A stretch of DNA of 64,000 nt from Polyangiales bacterium (GTDB lineage: Bacteria; Myxococcota_A; Polyangia; Polyangiales; Houyiibacteriaceae), in assembly GCA_045106895.1 (NCBI GenBank), contig JBGCFM010000039.1:96001-160000 (forward strand), in the 5' to 3' direction. Under the pieces are notes generated by a model. That model was not told the DNA's origin, made no database searches, and worked only from the letters and a program-made list of their open reading frames with translations. The translations under genes were made by a program, and so were the position numbers. Positions 55,423 through 64,000 of this stretch are shown here, piece after piece. Each line of letters starts with the position of its first letter. Position 1 is the first letter of the stretch.

Positions 55423-57387
55423 ATGCTTCAGCGCTTGGTCTTAATTTCGCTTCTCGCGTTCGTCTCCGCGTGCCCAGACGATCCGCCGCCCTTTGTTCCA
55501 CAAAGCGACACCGGACCTCTGCCCGACGCCGGCCCTCTCCCCGATGTACCGGATGGTCCCGACACGGGCGCGCCTATCACCTGCGAAGAAGGCGGCCCAA
55601 GCGTCACCATTACGGAGCCCGTCCCGGCTACGAGCGCGTCGGATTCAAACGTGCTCATCGGCGCCCGGCACACCGTGCGCTGTGAGGTTCTTCGGCCCGC
55701 GGAACCCGGCTCGGTCCCCGTCGACCCGGAGTCTGTGATCATCACGCGAACCGACGCCGACGGGAACACCCTCGAGGCGCCCGTCGTGAGCTCCGATGGA
55801 GATGTCTACCAAGCGAACTTCGATCTCGCTGACGCACCGAGCGGCGAGGTCTTCTTCCGCTGCATCGCTTCGGACACCGATGAGACCTGCACGATCTCGG
55901 ACCTCAGCACACTCGTCGACCTCGGCCCCAGCGTGGAGATCACCTCGCCAACGCCAGACTCGGTCCACTCCACAACGATGAACCTTCGCTACCGCATCGT
56001 GAGCCAACCTCTTGGAGACGATGACCTCTTCGCCGGCCTGGGGGAGCACACCGTCGTCGTCGCCGGTACGACGATCACCAACATCGTCGACGAGGGCGAA
56101 GGCAACTTCAGCGCCGCCATCGACTTCTCCGACGACACAATCTTCGACCCTGACCTCTCCGGTGAATTCGAGATCGCCGTCTCAGCAGAGAACCAGCGTA
56201 CGCCGGAGCCCGCCGTCCGCGTGGCACGACAGGCCTTCACCCTCGACCGTACCCCGCCGGAGATCGAGTTCGTCAGCCCCCTCGAGGGAGAGCTCGTCGG
56301 CGGCCGCGTTCGCGTCGTCGCTTCCATCAGCGACCCGAGTGGCGTCGACCCTGCGAGTGTCGTCTTGCGCGCCGGCATGATGGAGTTCGACATGAACTTG
56401 GTACCGATGTCAGCGGACTTCTCCGTGAGCTTTGACGCCTCGCTCTTCCCCCAGACGGTCACGGAGCTCACGCTCAACGTCACCGCATCGGACAACGCGG
56501 CGAACCGCCAGACCCTCTCCCTCGTCGTCAAACTCGACAGCGTGCCGCCTATCGCGTCCCTCGACCCACCCGACATTCGTGCGGGACGAGTTCAGTCCGG
56601 AACTCTTCAGTGCACGCGCCTCTTCGACCCAGTCGGCAGCGACTCCGTCAACGACGGCGAGATTGTTGGAACCGCCGCAGAGTTTCGGGCGCGCACCCAG
56701 GACGAAGGCAACCGCCCCTTCGGTGGTGAAGGCGTCGTCGTGTTCCTCGCGGGTCTTCGCTCGGTTCAGCTCTACATCAACGATGAGCCCGAAGTTCCTC
56801 TCCTCGTCGACCTGAGCGGCGACGGCGTATGCGACTCCATCAACCCGGATCTCGAGCCCGTCCCCGGCGACCCAAGTCGCGCCGTCGTCGTCGACCTCGA
56901 AGGCGTTCGCCCTGCTGGCCGCTGGCCCTTTAGCTCCGTTGACTTCGACTCTCCCGGTACGCCCGCCGAAGCCTACACGGGTGCCTATGACGGCTGTAAC
57001 CAAGGCAACGGCAGCGGCTTGCCAAACCGGCAATGTGAAGAGAGCACGCCGATGGCCCACATCATCGCCTCGACGTACGACGAGCCCACTATCTACGGAA
57101 AGCCTCTCATCACAGACCTCACCTGCGTCGGCGACGCTTTCGACTTCCAGGGTTCCATCGACGAAGGCTGGTCATGCTTGGCCGTTCGCTCCGAAGACAA
57201 CCTCGGGAATGTCGGCGTGTCCCGCCCACTTCGGGCCTGCTTCATCGACGGCGCTGGCGGCGACGCCGAGTGCCCCGGTCCCGTGGGAACCATCGCGCCG
57301 GAGGGCATGCGCCCAGGGTGCACCGACGGCTGCATGATGCCGCGTTCCTATGTGAATGACCCGAGCTACCAGCTCTTCAACCCCTGA
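55423..57387 (+). CDS. Lipoprotein with tandem Ig-like domains and a Cys-containing C-terminal domain
   Basis: Lipobox VSAC; three PxVxIxxP...D Ig-like units (PSVTITEP, PSVEITSP, DRTPPEIEFVSP). Confidence 0.8.
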   Translation: MLQRLVLISLLAFVSACPDDPPPFVPQSDTGPLPDAGPLPDVPDGPDTGAPITCEEGGPSVTITEPVPATSASDSNVLIGARHTVRCEVLRPAEPGSVPVDPESVIITRTDADGNTLEAPVVSSDGDVYQANFDLADAPSGEVFFRCIASDTDETCTISDLSTLVDLGPSVEITSPTPDSVHSTTMNLRYRIVSQPLGDDDLFAGLGEHTVVVAGTTITNIVDEGEGNFSAAIDFSDDTIFDPDLSGEFEIAVSAENQRTPEPAVRVARQAFTLDRTPPEIEFVSPLEGELVGGRVRVVASISDPSGVDPASVVLRAGMMEFDMNLVPMSADFSVSFDASLFPQTVTELTLNVTASDNAANRQTLSLVVKLDSVPPIASLDPPDIRAGRVQSGTLQCTRLFDPVGSDSVNDGEIVGTAAEFRARTQDEGNRPFGGEGVVVFLAGLRSVQLYINDEPEVPLLVDLSGDGVCDSINPDLEPVPGDPSRAVVVDLEGVRPAGRWPFSSVDFDSPGTPAEAYTGAYDGCNQGNGSGLPNRQCEESTPMAHIIASTYDEPTIYGKPLITDLTCVGDAFDFQGSIDEGWSCLAVRSEDNLGNVGVSRPLRACFIDGAGGDAECPGPVGTIAPEGMRPGCTDGCMMPRSYVNDPSYQLFNP

Positions 57388-57420
57388 GGTCAGGCGCGGG
57401 CTGACGGTCGGCGATGGCCG

Positions 57421-57756
57421 TCAGCGACCCTTCTGACGCTCCGAGGCGGCCTTGATGAGCGGCTCGATCTCTTCCAGTTCGTGCTCCCGAAGCGTGCTTG
57501 CGACACGTCGGCGCTGGCGAGCGAAGGCGCTGCCGTGTTTGAGCTTTCCGAGCGTGCGGACGTCCTTCTCGACGTTCTCACCGAGCTTGAGCTTCTTGAG
57601 GACGGGCTCGTGAAGCTTGCACAGGAGCATCGCGAGGGCTTCACGCCTAGCCTGCTCCTCTTTCGCCTCCTGCCGCACCTGCGTGCGTGAAGGTCCGACC
57701 TCTTCTTCTTCTTCGATGGTCGAGGTATCGATCATCGGCTTTTTGCGCTTGCCCAT
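57421..57756 (-). CDS. YjgA/DarP (DUF615)-like ribosome-associated protein, short form
   Basis: PSRTQVRQE...LCKL...LKKLKL.E......AFARQRRRVASTLR matches the N-terminal half of YjgA. Confidence 0.65.
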   Translation of the reverse strand: MGKRKKPMIDTSTIEEEEEVGPSRTQVRQEAKEEQARREALAMLLCKLHEPVLKKLKLGENVEKDVRTLGKLKHGSAFARQRRRVASTLREHELEEIEPLIKAASERQKGR

Positions 57757-57794
57757 GTCGGTGTTCTGCACCCTCGGGGCGCAAGGTCAACCGC

Positions 57795-58529
57795 TCACTC
57801 GTCCGGCCGCTCCTCCTCTAGCGCCTCGCTATCCGGCGGCCATGTCCGCCGCGTATCGAGGACGCTGCGGCCAGCGAGTTCGTGAAAGACCACGTTTAGC
57901 ACCTCGTTCCCGTCCTTGAGTTCAAGGAGCCGCTGGTACTCGCTGAAGGAGAGGACGCCGCCCCCACCGGTGCTGCCCCCGAATCCGCGCAGATAGTACG
58001 AGGTGCTCTCCCCGCCCTCCCCCGTATCTTCGGTGTAGGCGTCGGTCACGCAGCGATGCACCTCCGCGTAGCTACCAGCAGGACTCTCACCGCAGCGAAG
58101 CTCAAAGAGACACTGGCCCGCGCCAACTTGGCGGGCGAAGAACTCGCAGCGCGTGCCAAGAATCGCCTCGTCCGTCGCGACCATCGCCGTCCCGCGTCCT
58201 TCAAGGCGCATTGGGGCCGGCGGCGTGTTGCAATCCTTGATTTGCGTGAGTCCCAGAACGAGTGACCCCACGGCAAAGACACCTGCGACGAGAGCACCCA
58301 CTTTGGGAAACGCCTCGCCCATGGCGACGAAGTTCTCGAGAAGCGTTGTGAAGAGCCCGGTACTGGATCGGCGAGCCTTTTGTAATTCCGCGTCAAGGTC
58401 ACGCACGCGCTTCTCCGCCGCGAAGACGTCCTGTCGCAGGCTCTCCATGCCGTCGCTGAGCTCCGCGATGGAGTCCGTGAGCGTGTCCACACGGGCACGA
58501 AGCTCTTCGACGCTCGCCCCCTCGCTCAC
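57795..58529 (-). CDS. Coiled-coil, TM, Cys-domain hypothetical protein
   Basis: GTG 58529 overlaps the upstream stop; heptad N-terminus, TM, C-terminal domain with five Cys. Confidence 0.65.
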   Translation of the reverse strand: MSEGASVEELRARVDTLTDSIAELSDGMESLRQDVFAAEKRVRDLDAELQKARRSSTGLFTTLLENFVAMGEAFPKVGALVAGVFAVGSLVLGLTQIKDCNTPPAPMRLEGRGTAMVATDEAILGTRCEFFARQVGAGQCLFELRCGESPAGSYAEVHRCVTDAYTEDTGEGGESTSYYLRGFGGSTGGGGVLSFSEYQRLLELKDGNEVLNVVFHELAGRSVLDTRRTWPPDSEALEEERPDE

Positions 58530-59101
58530 AGCCCGCGTCCTCCGGGCAAACGAAAAACAACGGTTTCGCCGTCGGCGCGACGAAGCACCGCACGTGAGAC
58601 GGCTCCACGGACGTAGGTAAAGTGCTCGCCCGGAACGCCCTCGTCGGACCAAAAGAGGGCGCCCATGCCATGTGCTTGGCAACTCCCTACTCCCTCCCAA
58701 ACAACGTCCGCACCGCACCACGCCTTGGCCCTGCACGAGCCCGCAAAGGCATCGTCGATCTCCACTTGGCAACCCTCCAGCGAAGTCTCACCACGCCAGG
58801 CGCTTTCGGCGCTAACGGTCTCGCTCACGTTTGTGCAGGCATGAAGAAGCGCTCCGCTCAAGACACACGTCAGCGCCAAACCGACGAGCCCCAGCGCCGC
58901 CGCTAAGAAGAAGTACCCCACGCGCCGTGCGCGGCCCTTCGCCTTTTCGACTCGGATCGTGCGCTTGAGCGTCTCGGCGTCGTCGTCCGCTGCCACGCAA
59001 CGAAAGCGCAAGCCCTGCGCGGTGCCCTCGAGGCCCGCGTGCTCGGCGTCGAGAACGAGAAGACGCTCTCGAAGAACGAGGGTCTCGTCGCGGTAGCTCA
59101 C
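58526..59101 (-). CDS. Coiled-coil, TM, Cys-domain hypothetical protein
   Basis: MSYRD start, same layout as the downstream gene; start overlaps the upstream stop. Confidence 0.65.
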   Translation of the reverse strand: MSYRDETLVLRERLLVLDAEHAGLEGTAQGLRFRCVAADDDAETLKRTIRVEKAKGRARRVGYFFLAAALGLVGLALTCVLSGALLHACTNVSETVSAESAWRGETSLEGCQVEIDDAFAGSCRAKAWCGADVVWEGVGSCQAHGMGALFWSDEGVPGEHFTYVRGAVSRAVLRRADGETVVFRLPGGRGL

Positions 59102-59733
59102 TTCCGCAAGCGTGAGAGCACGGAGGCGATGACCGTGTTGTGCTGCGACGGGTCCATTCCGACGGCCTCCACCGAGCGGGCGATGAACCGCTGGAGCATG
59201 ATCGTCGTTCCTGGACCGAGCGCCTGAGAGCGTTTGTTGAGCGCCGTCAGATGCGCCGGGTCAATCGCGACGCCCTGGAGCCCTCGCGCTACGCCCAGGT
59301 GCGCCGTGACGAGCTTCTTGATGAGACCCAACATCGCGCCGCCGTTCGCCTGAATATCTTCGTAGAGCGCCTGAAGCTCTTCGAGGTCGGCGGGGTTTGT
59401 ACGATGGGCCAGGAGCGAGGTGATGGCTTGCGTTCGCAGCTGGTACGCCACCCCTTTGTTGGAAACGTTCAAGCTCCGGTACTCGCTCTCGAGGGTGTCG
59501 AGGTCGCCGATGATGCCCAGCCACGCGAAGCGTTCGATCATAATAGGCATCTGTCCGGCTCGGACCTTTGCCGTCGGCGGCTTCGCGTAGGTGTCTAGCG
59601 CAGCGCGCGCCGCCGTTGGGTCGCCCGCATCCAGCGCCGCCATGATCTTCTTGCCGCCCTTGTTGTTGCGGACGGCGGTGATGACGACCATCACCAAAGC
59701 CGCCACCATTCCGATGATTGCACCCTGAATCAT
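59098..59733 (-). CDS. N-terminally anchored helical hypothetical protein
   Basis: N-terminal TM followed by a TPR-like helical domain; clean codon usage. Confidence 0.7.
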   Translation of the reverse strand: MIQGAIIGMVAALVMVVITAVRNNKGGKKIMAALDAGDPTAARAALDTYAKPPTAKVRAGQMPIMIERFAWLGIIGDLDTLESEYRSLNVSNKGVAYQLRTQAITSLLAHRTNPADLEELQALYEDIQANGGAMLGLIKKLVTAHLGVARGLQGVAIDPAHLTALNKRSQALGPGTTIMLQRFIARSVEAVGMDPSQHNTVIASVLSRLRK

Positions 59734-59823
59734 GCAAAGAGGCTACGTCGACGGCGGAACGTTGAGAAGGCCCATAGGCGCCAAAAAGGTGACTTTCCCT
59801 CAGGACTCGGGCGACAAGGGACA

Positions 59824-60894
59824 ATGAGTCGACAAGCCAAGCGCCGAGCGTCGCGACGAGCCAAGATCATTCGTCGTCCCCCTGGGCATCTCGAGGCGCC
59901 CCAAGGCGCGAGCGAGACCACCGTTCGAGTGATCCGCTACGACGCCAATGGCGTAGAGACGAGCGCCGGTGTTGAATCGATCCCTGAGCGCCACGAAGGG
60001 GTGCTGTGGGTCGACGTGGTGGGGCTTGCCTCCCTCGACGTGGCCGAGACCATCGCCGCGCGCTTCAACCTTCACCCGCTCGCGATGGAGGATGCATTGC
60101 GCCTCCACCAGCGGCCAAAGTTTGAGTCCTACGCCGACCACGTCTACGGCGTCGCGAAGATCGTGCACTTCCCAAAGGGCGGCGAGCTTGAAGCCGAGCA
60201 GCTGAGTGTCTTCGTCACGGACAACGTCGTCATCACCTTCCAAGAACACGAGGGCGACTGCTTTGGGGAGCTACGCCGGCGTATCCGGGAAGGAGGCGGA
60301 CGCATTCGAAACGAAGGCGCGGCGTACCTCTGCTATGCGCTCTTCGACGCCCTCGCTGATAGCTACTTTCCCGTCGTCGAAGAATTTGGCGAACGCCTCG
60401 AAGCGCTCGAGGAGGCGATTTTTGCGGAACCCGAGGAGGCGCAGCTTCAAAGCATCCACCGACTGCGACGCGAGCTCATCGCGCTTCGCCGTGCGGCCTA
60501 CCCGCTGCGGGAGATGCTCCTCGGACTCATTCGCGACGAGCACCCACTCTTCGACGACTCCGTACGCCTCTACCTCCGCGACTGTGTCGACCACTCGATT
60601 CAAGTCGCCGAGCTCGTCGACAACCACCGCGAGCACGCGACGGGGCTCCTGGACATCTACCTCACAAGCGTTGGCCACCGCGCCAACGAGGTGATGAAGG
60701 TCCTCACAATGATCGCCACGATCTTTATCCCTTTGAGCTTCCTGGTGGGGCTCTACGGCATGAACTTCGACACGAGTTCTCCGTACAATATGCCGGAGCT
60801 GGGCTTTCGTTTCGGCTACCCGATGCTCATCGGCACAATGATGAGCGTCGTCATGGGGATGGTGTACTACTTCCGAAAGAAGCGCTGGATCTAG
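59824..60894 (+). CDS. corA: Magnesium/cobalt transporter CorA
   Basis: WVDVVGL, LHPLAMED, QRPKFE, NEVMKVLT, GLYGMNF, NMPEL. Confidence 0.96.
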   Translation: MSRQAKRRASRRAKIIRRPPGHLEAPQGASETTVRVIRYDANGVETSAGVESIPERHEGVLWVDVVGLASLDVAETIAARFNLHPLAMEDALRLHQRPKFESYADHVYGVAKIVHFPKGGELEAEQLSVFVTDNVVITFQEHEGDCFGELRRRIREGGGRIRNEGAAYLCYALFDALADSYFPVVEEFGERLEALEEAIFAEPEEAQLQSIHRLRRELIALRRAAYPLREMLLGLIRDEHPLFDDSVRLYLRDCVDHSIQVAELVDNHREHATGLLDIYLTSVGHRANEVMKVLTMIATIFIPLSFLVGLYGMNFDTSSPYNMPELGFRFGYPMLIGTMMSVVMGMVYYFRKKRWI

Positions 60895-60997
60895 TGCGTG
60901 CGACGGCCTCCATCGCCTCCTCGCAGCGAGGGAAAGTCACCACGCCTGTCTGTTAGCGCGGGCCAAGAAGTTCAGCGTCGTCTGATACGATGGGACC

Positions 60998-61852
60998 GTG
61001 ATCCACATTCTCCGCGGCATCGTCTTCTGTCTCGCTGTCGGCGCGATGGCCCAAGCCCAGCCGGGGACGGCCCAAGAGCCGGCCCAAGCGCTTCGCGCTG
61101 GAAGTCCTGCCCGCGCGGAGGTCATCACGGTGCTCAACGTCCCAGCGAGCACCCTCGCCACGGCCAACCAAATGCTCACGGCCCAATCGGAGAGGCTCAT
61201 GGAGTGCATCGTCGGGAGTGAACCTGGTCCATGGAGGTACCGACTGGAGCTAAGGAACGCGGGAGTGCACTCCGCGGCGTTGGTCGCCGACGGGACTGAC
61301 GCAACGCCCAGCGTCACCACATGCGTCGAAGAGGTACTGCGTTCTCTGCGTTTCCCTCAACTCGGGCAAAGCATCGAGGTTCGTGTATCGAGAAGAGAGA
61401 TATTTGGGGTGGTTCCCGGCGGCATCGGCGGCATCGGCGGCGGCGGCGGCATCGGAGCCGTCCGCGGCGGGTCGACACGCTCGCCACCAAACGCTGGGAT
61501 CGGTTCTCGAGTTCAACGAACGCCCCGCGTGCGCCCAGGCTCCCTTGATGTCCGCGGCGGACTCGCCTCCGACATCGTTCGGCGTGTCGTTCGCCGACAC
61601 CTATCGGAGCTTCGTTTCTGCTATCAGCAAGTGCTTGCGCAGCGGCCACGGGCACAGGGGGCCCTTACCCTTGAGCTCGTCGTCTCCGCCGTCGGCACCG
61701 TGCCTAGAACCTCCGCATCCGGCGCCGGCGACGACCTCGCCCCCGTGGCGGCGTGCTTCGCGCGCGTCGCGCGACGATGGCGCTTCCCCTCGCCCACGAG
61801 CGCCGGCGTCGTCCTCGTCCGCTACTCGTTCGCACTCACTCCGCCGCGCTAA
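60998..61852 (+). CDS. Exported AgmX/PglI C-terminal (TonB_C-like) domain protein
   Basis: Signal peptide; Gly-rich linker; VRGGLASDIVRRVVRRHLSELRFCYQ...WRFPSP. Confidence 0.8.
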   Translation: MIHILRGIVFCLAVGAMAQAQPGTAQEPAQALRAGSPARAEVITVLNVPASTLATANQMLTAQSERLMECIVGSEPGPWRYRLELRNAGVHSAALVADGTDATPSVTTCVEEVLRSLRFPQLGQSIEVRVSRREIFGVVPGGIGGIGGGGGIGAVRGGSTRSPPNAGIGSRVQRTPRVRPGSLDVRGGLASDIVRRVVRRHLSELRFCYQQVLAQRPRAQGALTLELVVSAVGTVPRTSASGAGDDLAPVAACFARVARRWRFPSPTSAGVVLVRYSFALTPPR

Positions 61853-62406
61853 CGCCAGGCCGGCGCCCAGTTGCCGGTCAGCTCTTCGCCGTCGGCGTCG
61901 AACTCCGCCGACGCCCACATCATGTCGAGATTGCACTCGTAGCGCCGTCGACCGCCGCTCATTCGACAGCCCTCGAGGACGGCGGTGTTGTGGTCGAGGA
62001 CTCGCACCCGCTCCGCAGAGCACTGCACCGCCTTCGTCGTTCCGTCGACGACGACGATGGCGCGGTCCCCGTCTTCAAAGAAGCTCACGCGCACCTCAGC
62101 GCCGAGGCCTCGGAGGAAGCGTGTCTGCACCTCCGCCAGCGGCGAAGCCATGCGCACCCAACGCGCGCCGCCGCTTAGGTCCACCAAAACCAGAGGGTCC
62201 GTGTCCATGGGGTGAAAGATCAGCTCCGCGGCGCCGTGCTCACCCGGCGGCAACGAGAGCGGTCGAAGCTCGTCTGGCTGCTCACCGGGAAAAGTGAGGA
62301 CCCCGCTGACCTCGTAGTCGCCGTCCACATGGACACTCAGGGGCCACTCGTTGCCACAGGAGCCGCAAGCGACGAGGAAGAAGAGACAAAGAACGAGGGC
62401 CCGCAT
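61849..62406 (-). CDS. Hypothetical lipoprotein
   Basis: MRALVLCLFFLVAC from ATG 62406. Confidence 0.6.
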   Translation of the reverse strand: MRALVLCLFFLVACGSCGNEWPLSVHVDGDYEVSGVLTFPGEQPDELRPLSLPPGEHGAAELIFHPMDTDPLVLVDLSGGARWVRMASPLAEVQTRFLRGLGAEVRVSFFEDGDRAIVVVDGTTKAVQCSAERVRVLDHNTAVLEGCRMSGGRRRYECNLDMMWASAEFDADGEELTGNWAPAWR

Positions 62407-62520
62407 GACACCGAACATGCACGGAAGATGTGGCGAAACTATGGCGTTCTCAAAACAATGACGAACTTGCGCGCTTCCTTCTCCTTGCCGCACACCCCTC
62501 GTGGTGAGAGCGTACGCCAG

Positions 62521-64000
62521 ATGAACCGACACGCCCTCCTGTACACTCGTGCCCTCGCCGCCCTGGCCCTCGCCGGATGCGGCAGCTCACTCCCGCAGCC
62601 CGAAACACCCACTCCCGTACAGTCTGTCGCGGCACCCGTTCTCTCCGCCGCCGGCGACTCCGCCGTCATCACCCTCGCCGTCTACCCCGCGCGTCTGCCG
62701 GAGTTTGTCGGTCAGGCCACCTTCCTCGAACCGGTCCTGCAAACCCTCGTCGATCAGTACGCCGCGGATGCAGCGGTCTTCGATGCTTGGGTCGGCGACG
62801 CGACGCGAAACTACCGCGAAGGCGAGGTCGGCAGCGTCCTCCACTGGCCTGGACTCGACCTCACGCGCCCAATCTTCTTCCGCGTCGGAGAGGCTCCCGA
62901 TGAGCTCCAAGGCGCCCTCGCTGTTCTCTCCGGCGCATCGAGTCCACTGCGCCACGTCCTCGCCTGCCCCGCCACCGACGCGGCGGCTCTCCAAGCTCAC
63001 TTCGAGTCGCTCTTCGCAAACTGCCCGGTGTCTGGAGGCATGCGCCAGTGCCGGCGCCACCAAGTTCAGATCGTGCACAACGCAGAGTGGGTCTTCGTCG
63101 TTCGACACGAAGGGCCGATGCCCGCGCTCAGCGCCGCAGACCTCATGGCGCCAGCGGATCCCCTCGCCGAGTGGGCCTACGAGAACGGTCCCGTCGCCGG
63201 CTATCTGCGACCCCAGAGCATTCGAGGTGTCGGTGCGCATCTGGGCTCGGCGCGCGCCGCCGACGCTCTGTCCGAAGCCAGCGGAGATTCCGTGAACCTG
63301 ATGCGCTGGATAGCGGCATCGGAGGTTGTCGGAGCCTACCTGCAGAGCAGCCCCTATGGAATGGAAGCGGAGGGGTTTGCCTTCGTCGTCCAGCCCTCTC
63401 CCCTCTCTCTTTCCTTTCGGGCGTCCCTCTCCCAAGCCGGCGCCCACTACAGCCAGACTCCGCGAGGCGAAGCGGCACGTGGCGGTAACACAGAGACCGG
63501 CATAGTGATTCGCAGCAGCTACGCCCTCAATGCGCTCCTCGCACCGCACCATCCCTTCGGTTACGGCACCGATGAACGAGAAATAAACGAAGCCATGCGC
63601 CGCTGTGGCGTCGCGTGTTCGATCCGCGCTGCGTTCGAGCCCAGCGCGTACTTGCCGTTCCTTGTCGACGCGCAAGGGCCCAGCGCCGCACTCAGCGCCA
63701 TCGCCGAACTCGAAGTCGATCCCGCGCTGGAGGCAGGAACCCTAGACATCGACGCCGACACGTCGTCCATCCAAGGAGCCAGGGCAGGAGCGCGTTTGTT
63801 CGCTCGTTCGCGAATCGCCGAGCGCTCCTGGTCCGGCGGCGTCTCCTTCGTCGCCGAAGCGGCCTCCGAGGCCCTCGCCCTCGCGAGGAGCGCGCCGGAG
63901 TTACCACTCGTTCCTGACGCCGGCGCGAGCGAAGCGTCCCTTCGCTGCCTCGACGCTCTCGGTCAGCACGTCACCTTGTCCCTGTCGAGTCTCGCCGATG
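62521..64000 (+). CDS. Hypothetical lipoprotein, 3'-truncated by the window edge (absent from the ORF track)
   Basis: MNRHALLYTRALAALALAGC lipobox; the frame appears open to the end of the window when translated by eye. Confidence 0.75.
   Translation, partial: MNRHALLYTRALAALALAGCGSSLPQPETPTPVQSVAAPVLSAAGDSAVITLAVYPARLPEFVGQATFLEPVLQTLVDQYAADAAVFDAWVGDATRNYREGEVGSVLHWPGLDLTRPIFFRVGEAPDELQGALAVLSGASSPLRHVLACPATDAAALQAHFESLFANCPVSGGMRQCRRHQVQIVHNAEWVFVVRHEGPMPALSAADLMAPADPLAEWAYENGPVAGYLRPQSIRGVGAHLGSARAADALSEASGDSVNLMRWIAASEVVGAYLQSSPYGMEAEGFAFVVQPSPLSLSFRASLSQAGAHYSQTPRGEAARGGNTETGIVIRSSYALNALLAPHHPFGYGTDEREINEAMRRCGVACSIRAAFEPSAYLPFLVDAQGPSAALSAIAELEVDPALEAGTLDIDADTSSIQGARAGARLFARSRIAERSWSGGVSFVAEAASEALALARSAPELPLVPDAGASEASLRCLDALGQHVTLSLSSLAD

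Noticed and set aside
1..64000. rRNA, tRNA, IS elements, prophage
   Set aside because: None recognised by eye and intergenic gaps are short; tRNAscan, Rfam and ISfinder were not run, so small elements could be missed.

Overview
High-GC, gene-dense bacterial chromosome segment. The gene content (many Cys-rich and acidic-linker lipoproteins, a Ser/Thr-kinase/sigma54-activator fusion, ECF sigma/anti-sigma cassettes, AgmX/PglI-type C-terminal domains) points to a Myxococcota, Polyangiales/Sandaracinaceae-like organism; this is an inference, not a database result. About 57 CDS are supported. Recognisable genes include ltaE, a long Lhr helicase, corA, a MauG-family peroxidase, a PL1-like lyase and a shortened YjgA/DarP. 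No rRNA, tRNA, CRISPR array, transposase or integrase was seen. The strongest candidate for an undescribed system is at 43959-51746. There an AraC regulator, a SufS-type cysteine desulfurase and a three-domain SufU-XdhC-MocA fusion are transcribed divergently from a Tat-exported IorAB-type molybdenum hydroxylase with a di-haem cytochrome subunit. This looks like a self-contained line for making sulfurated Mo-MCD cofactor. Other notable items: a decayed second copy of the 5' end of that fusion gene within a mosaic of gene fragments behind lhr; a coupled four-gene barrel/Zn-hydrolase/BMP/barrel operon; a 17-bp tandem repeat that multiplies a stop/start junction into a relay of mini-ORFs; two sigma54 promoters; two ECF cassettes with no TonB-dependent receptor in the window. 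All functional calls come from motif recognition by eye, and several start codons were re-chosen relative to the ORF track.
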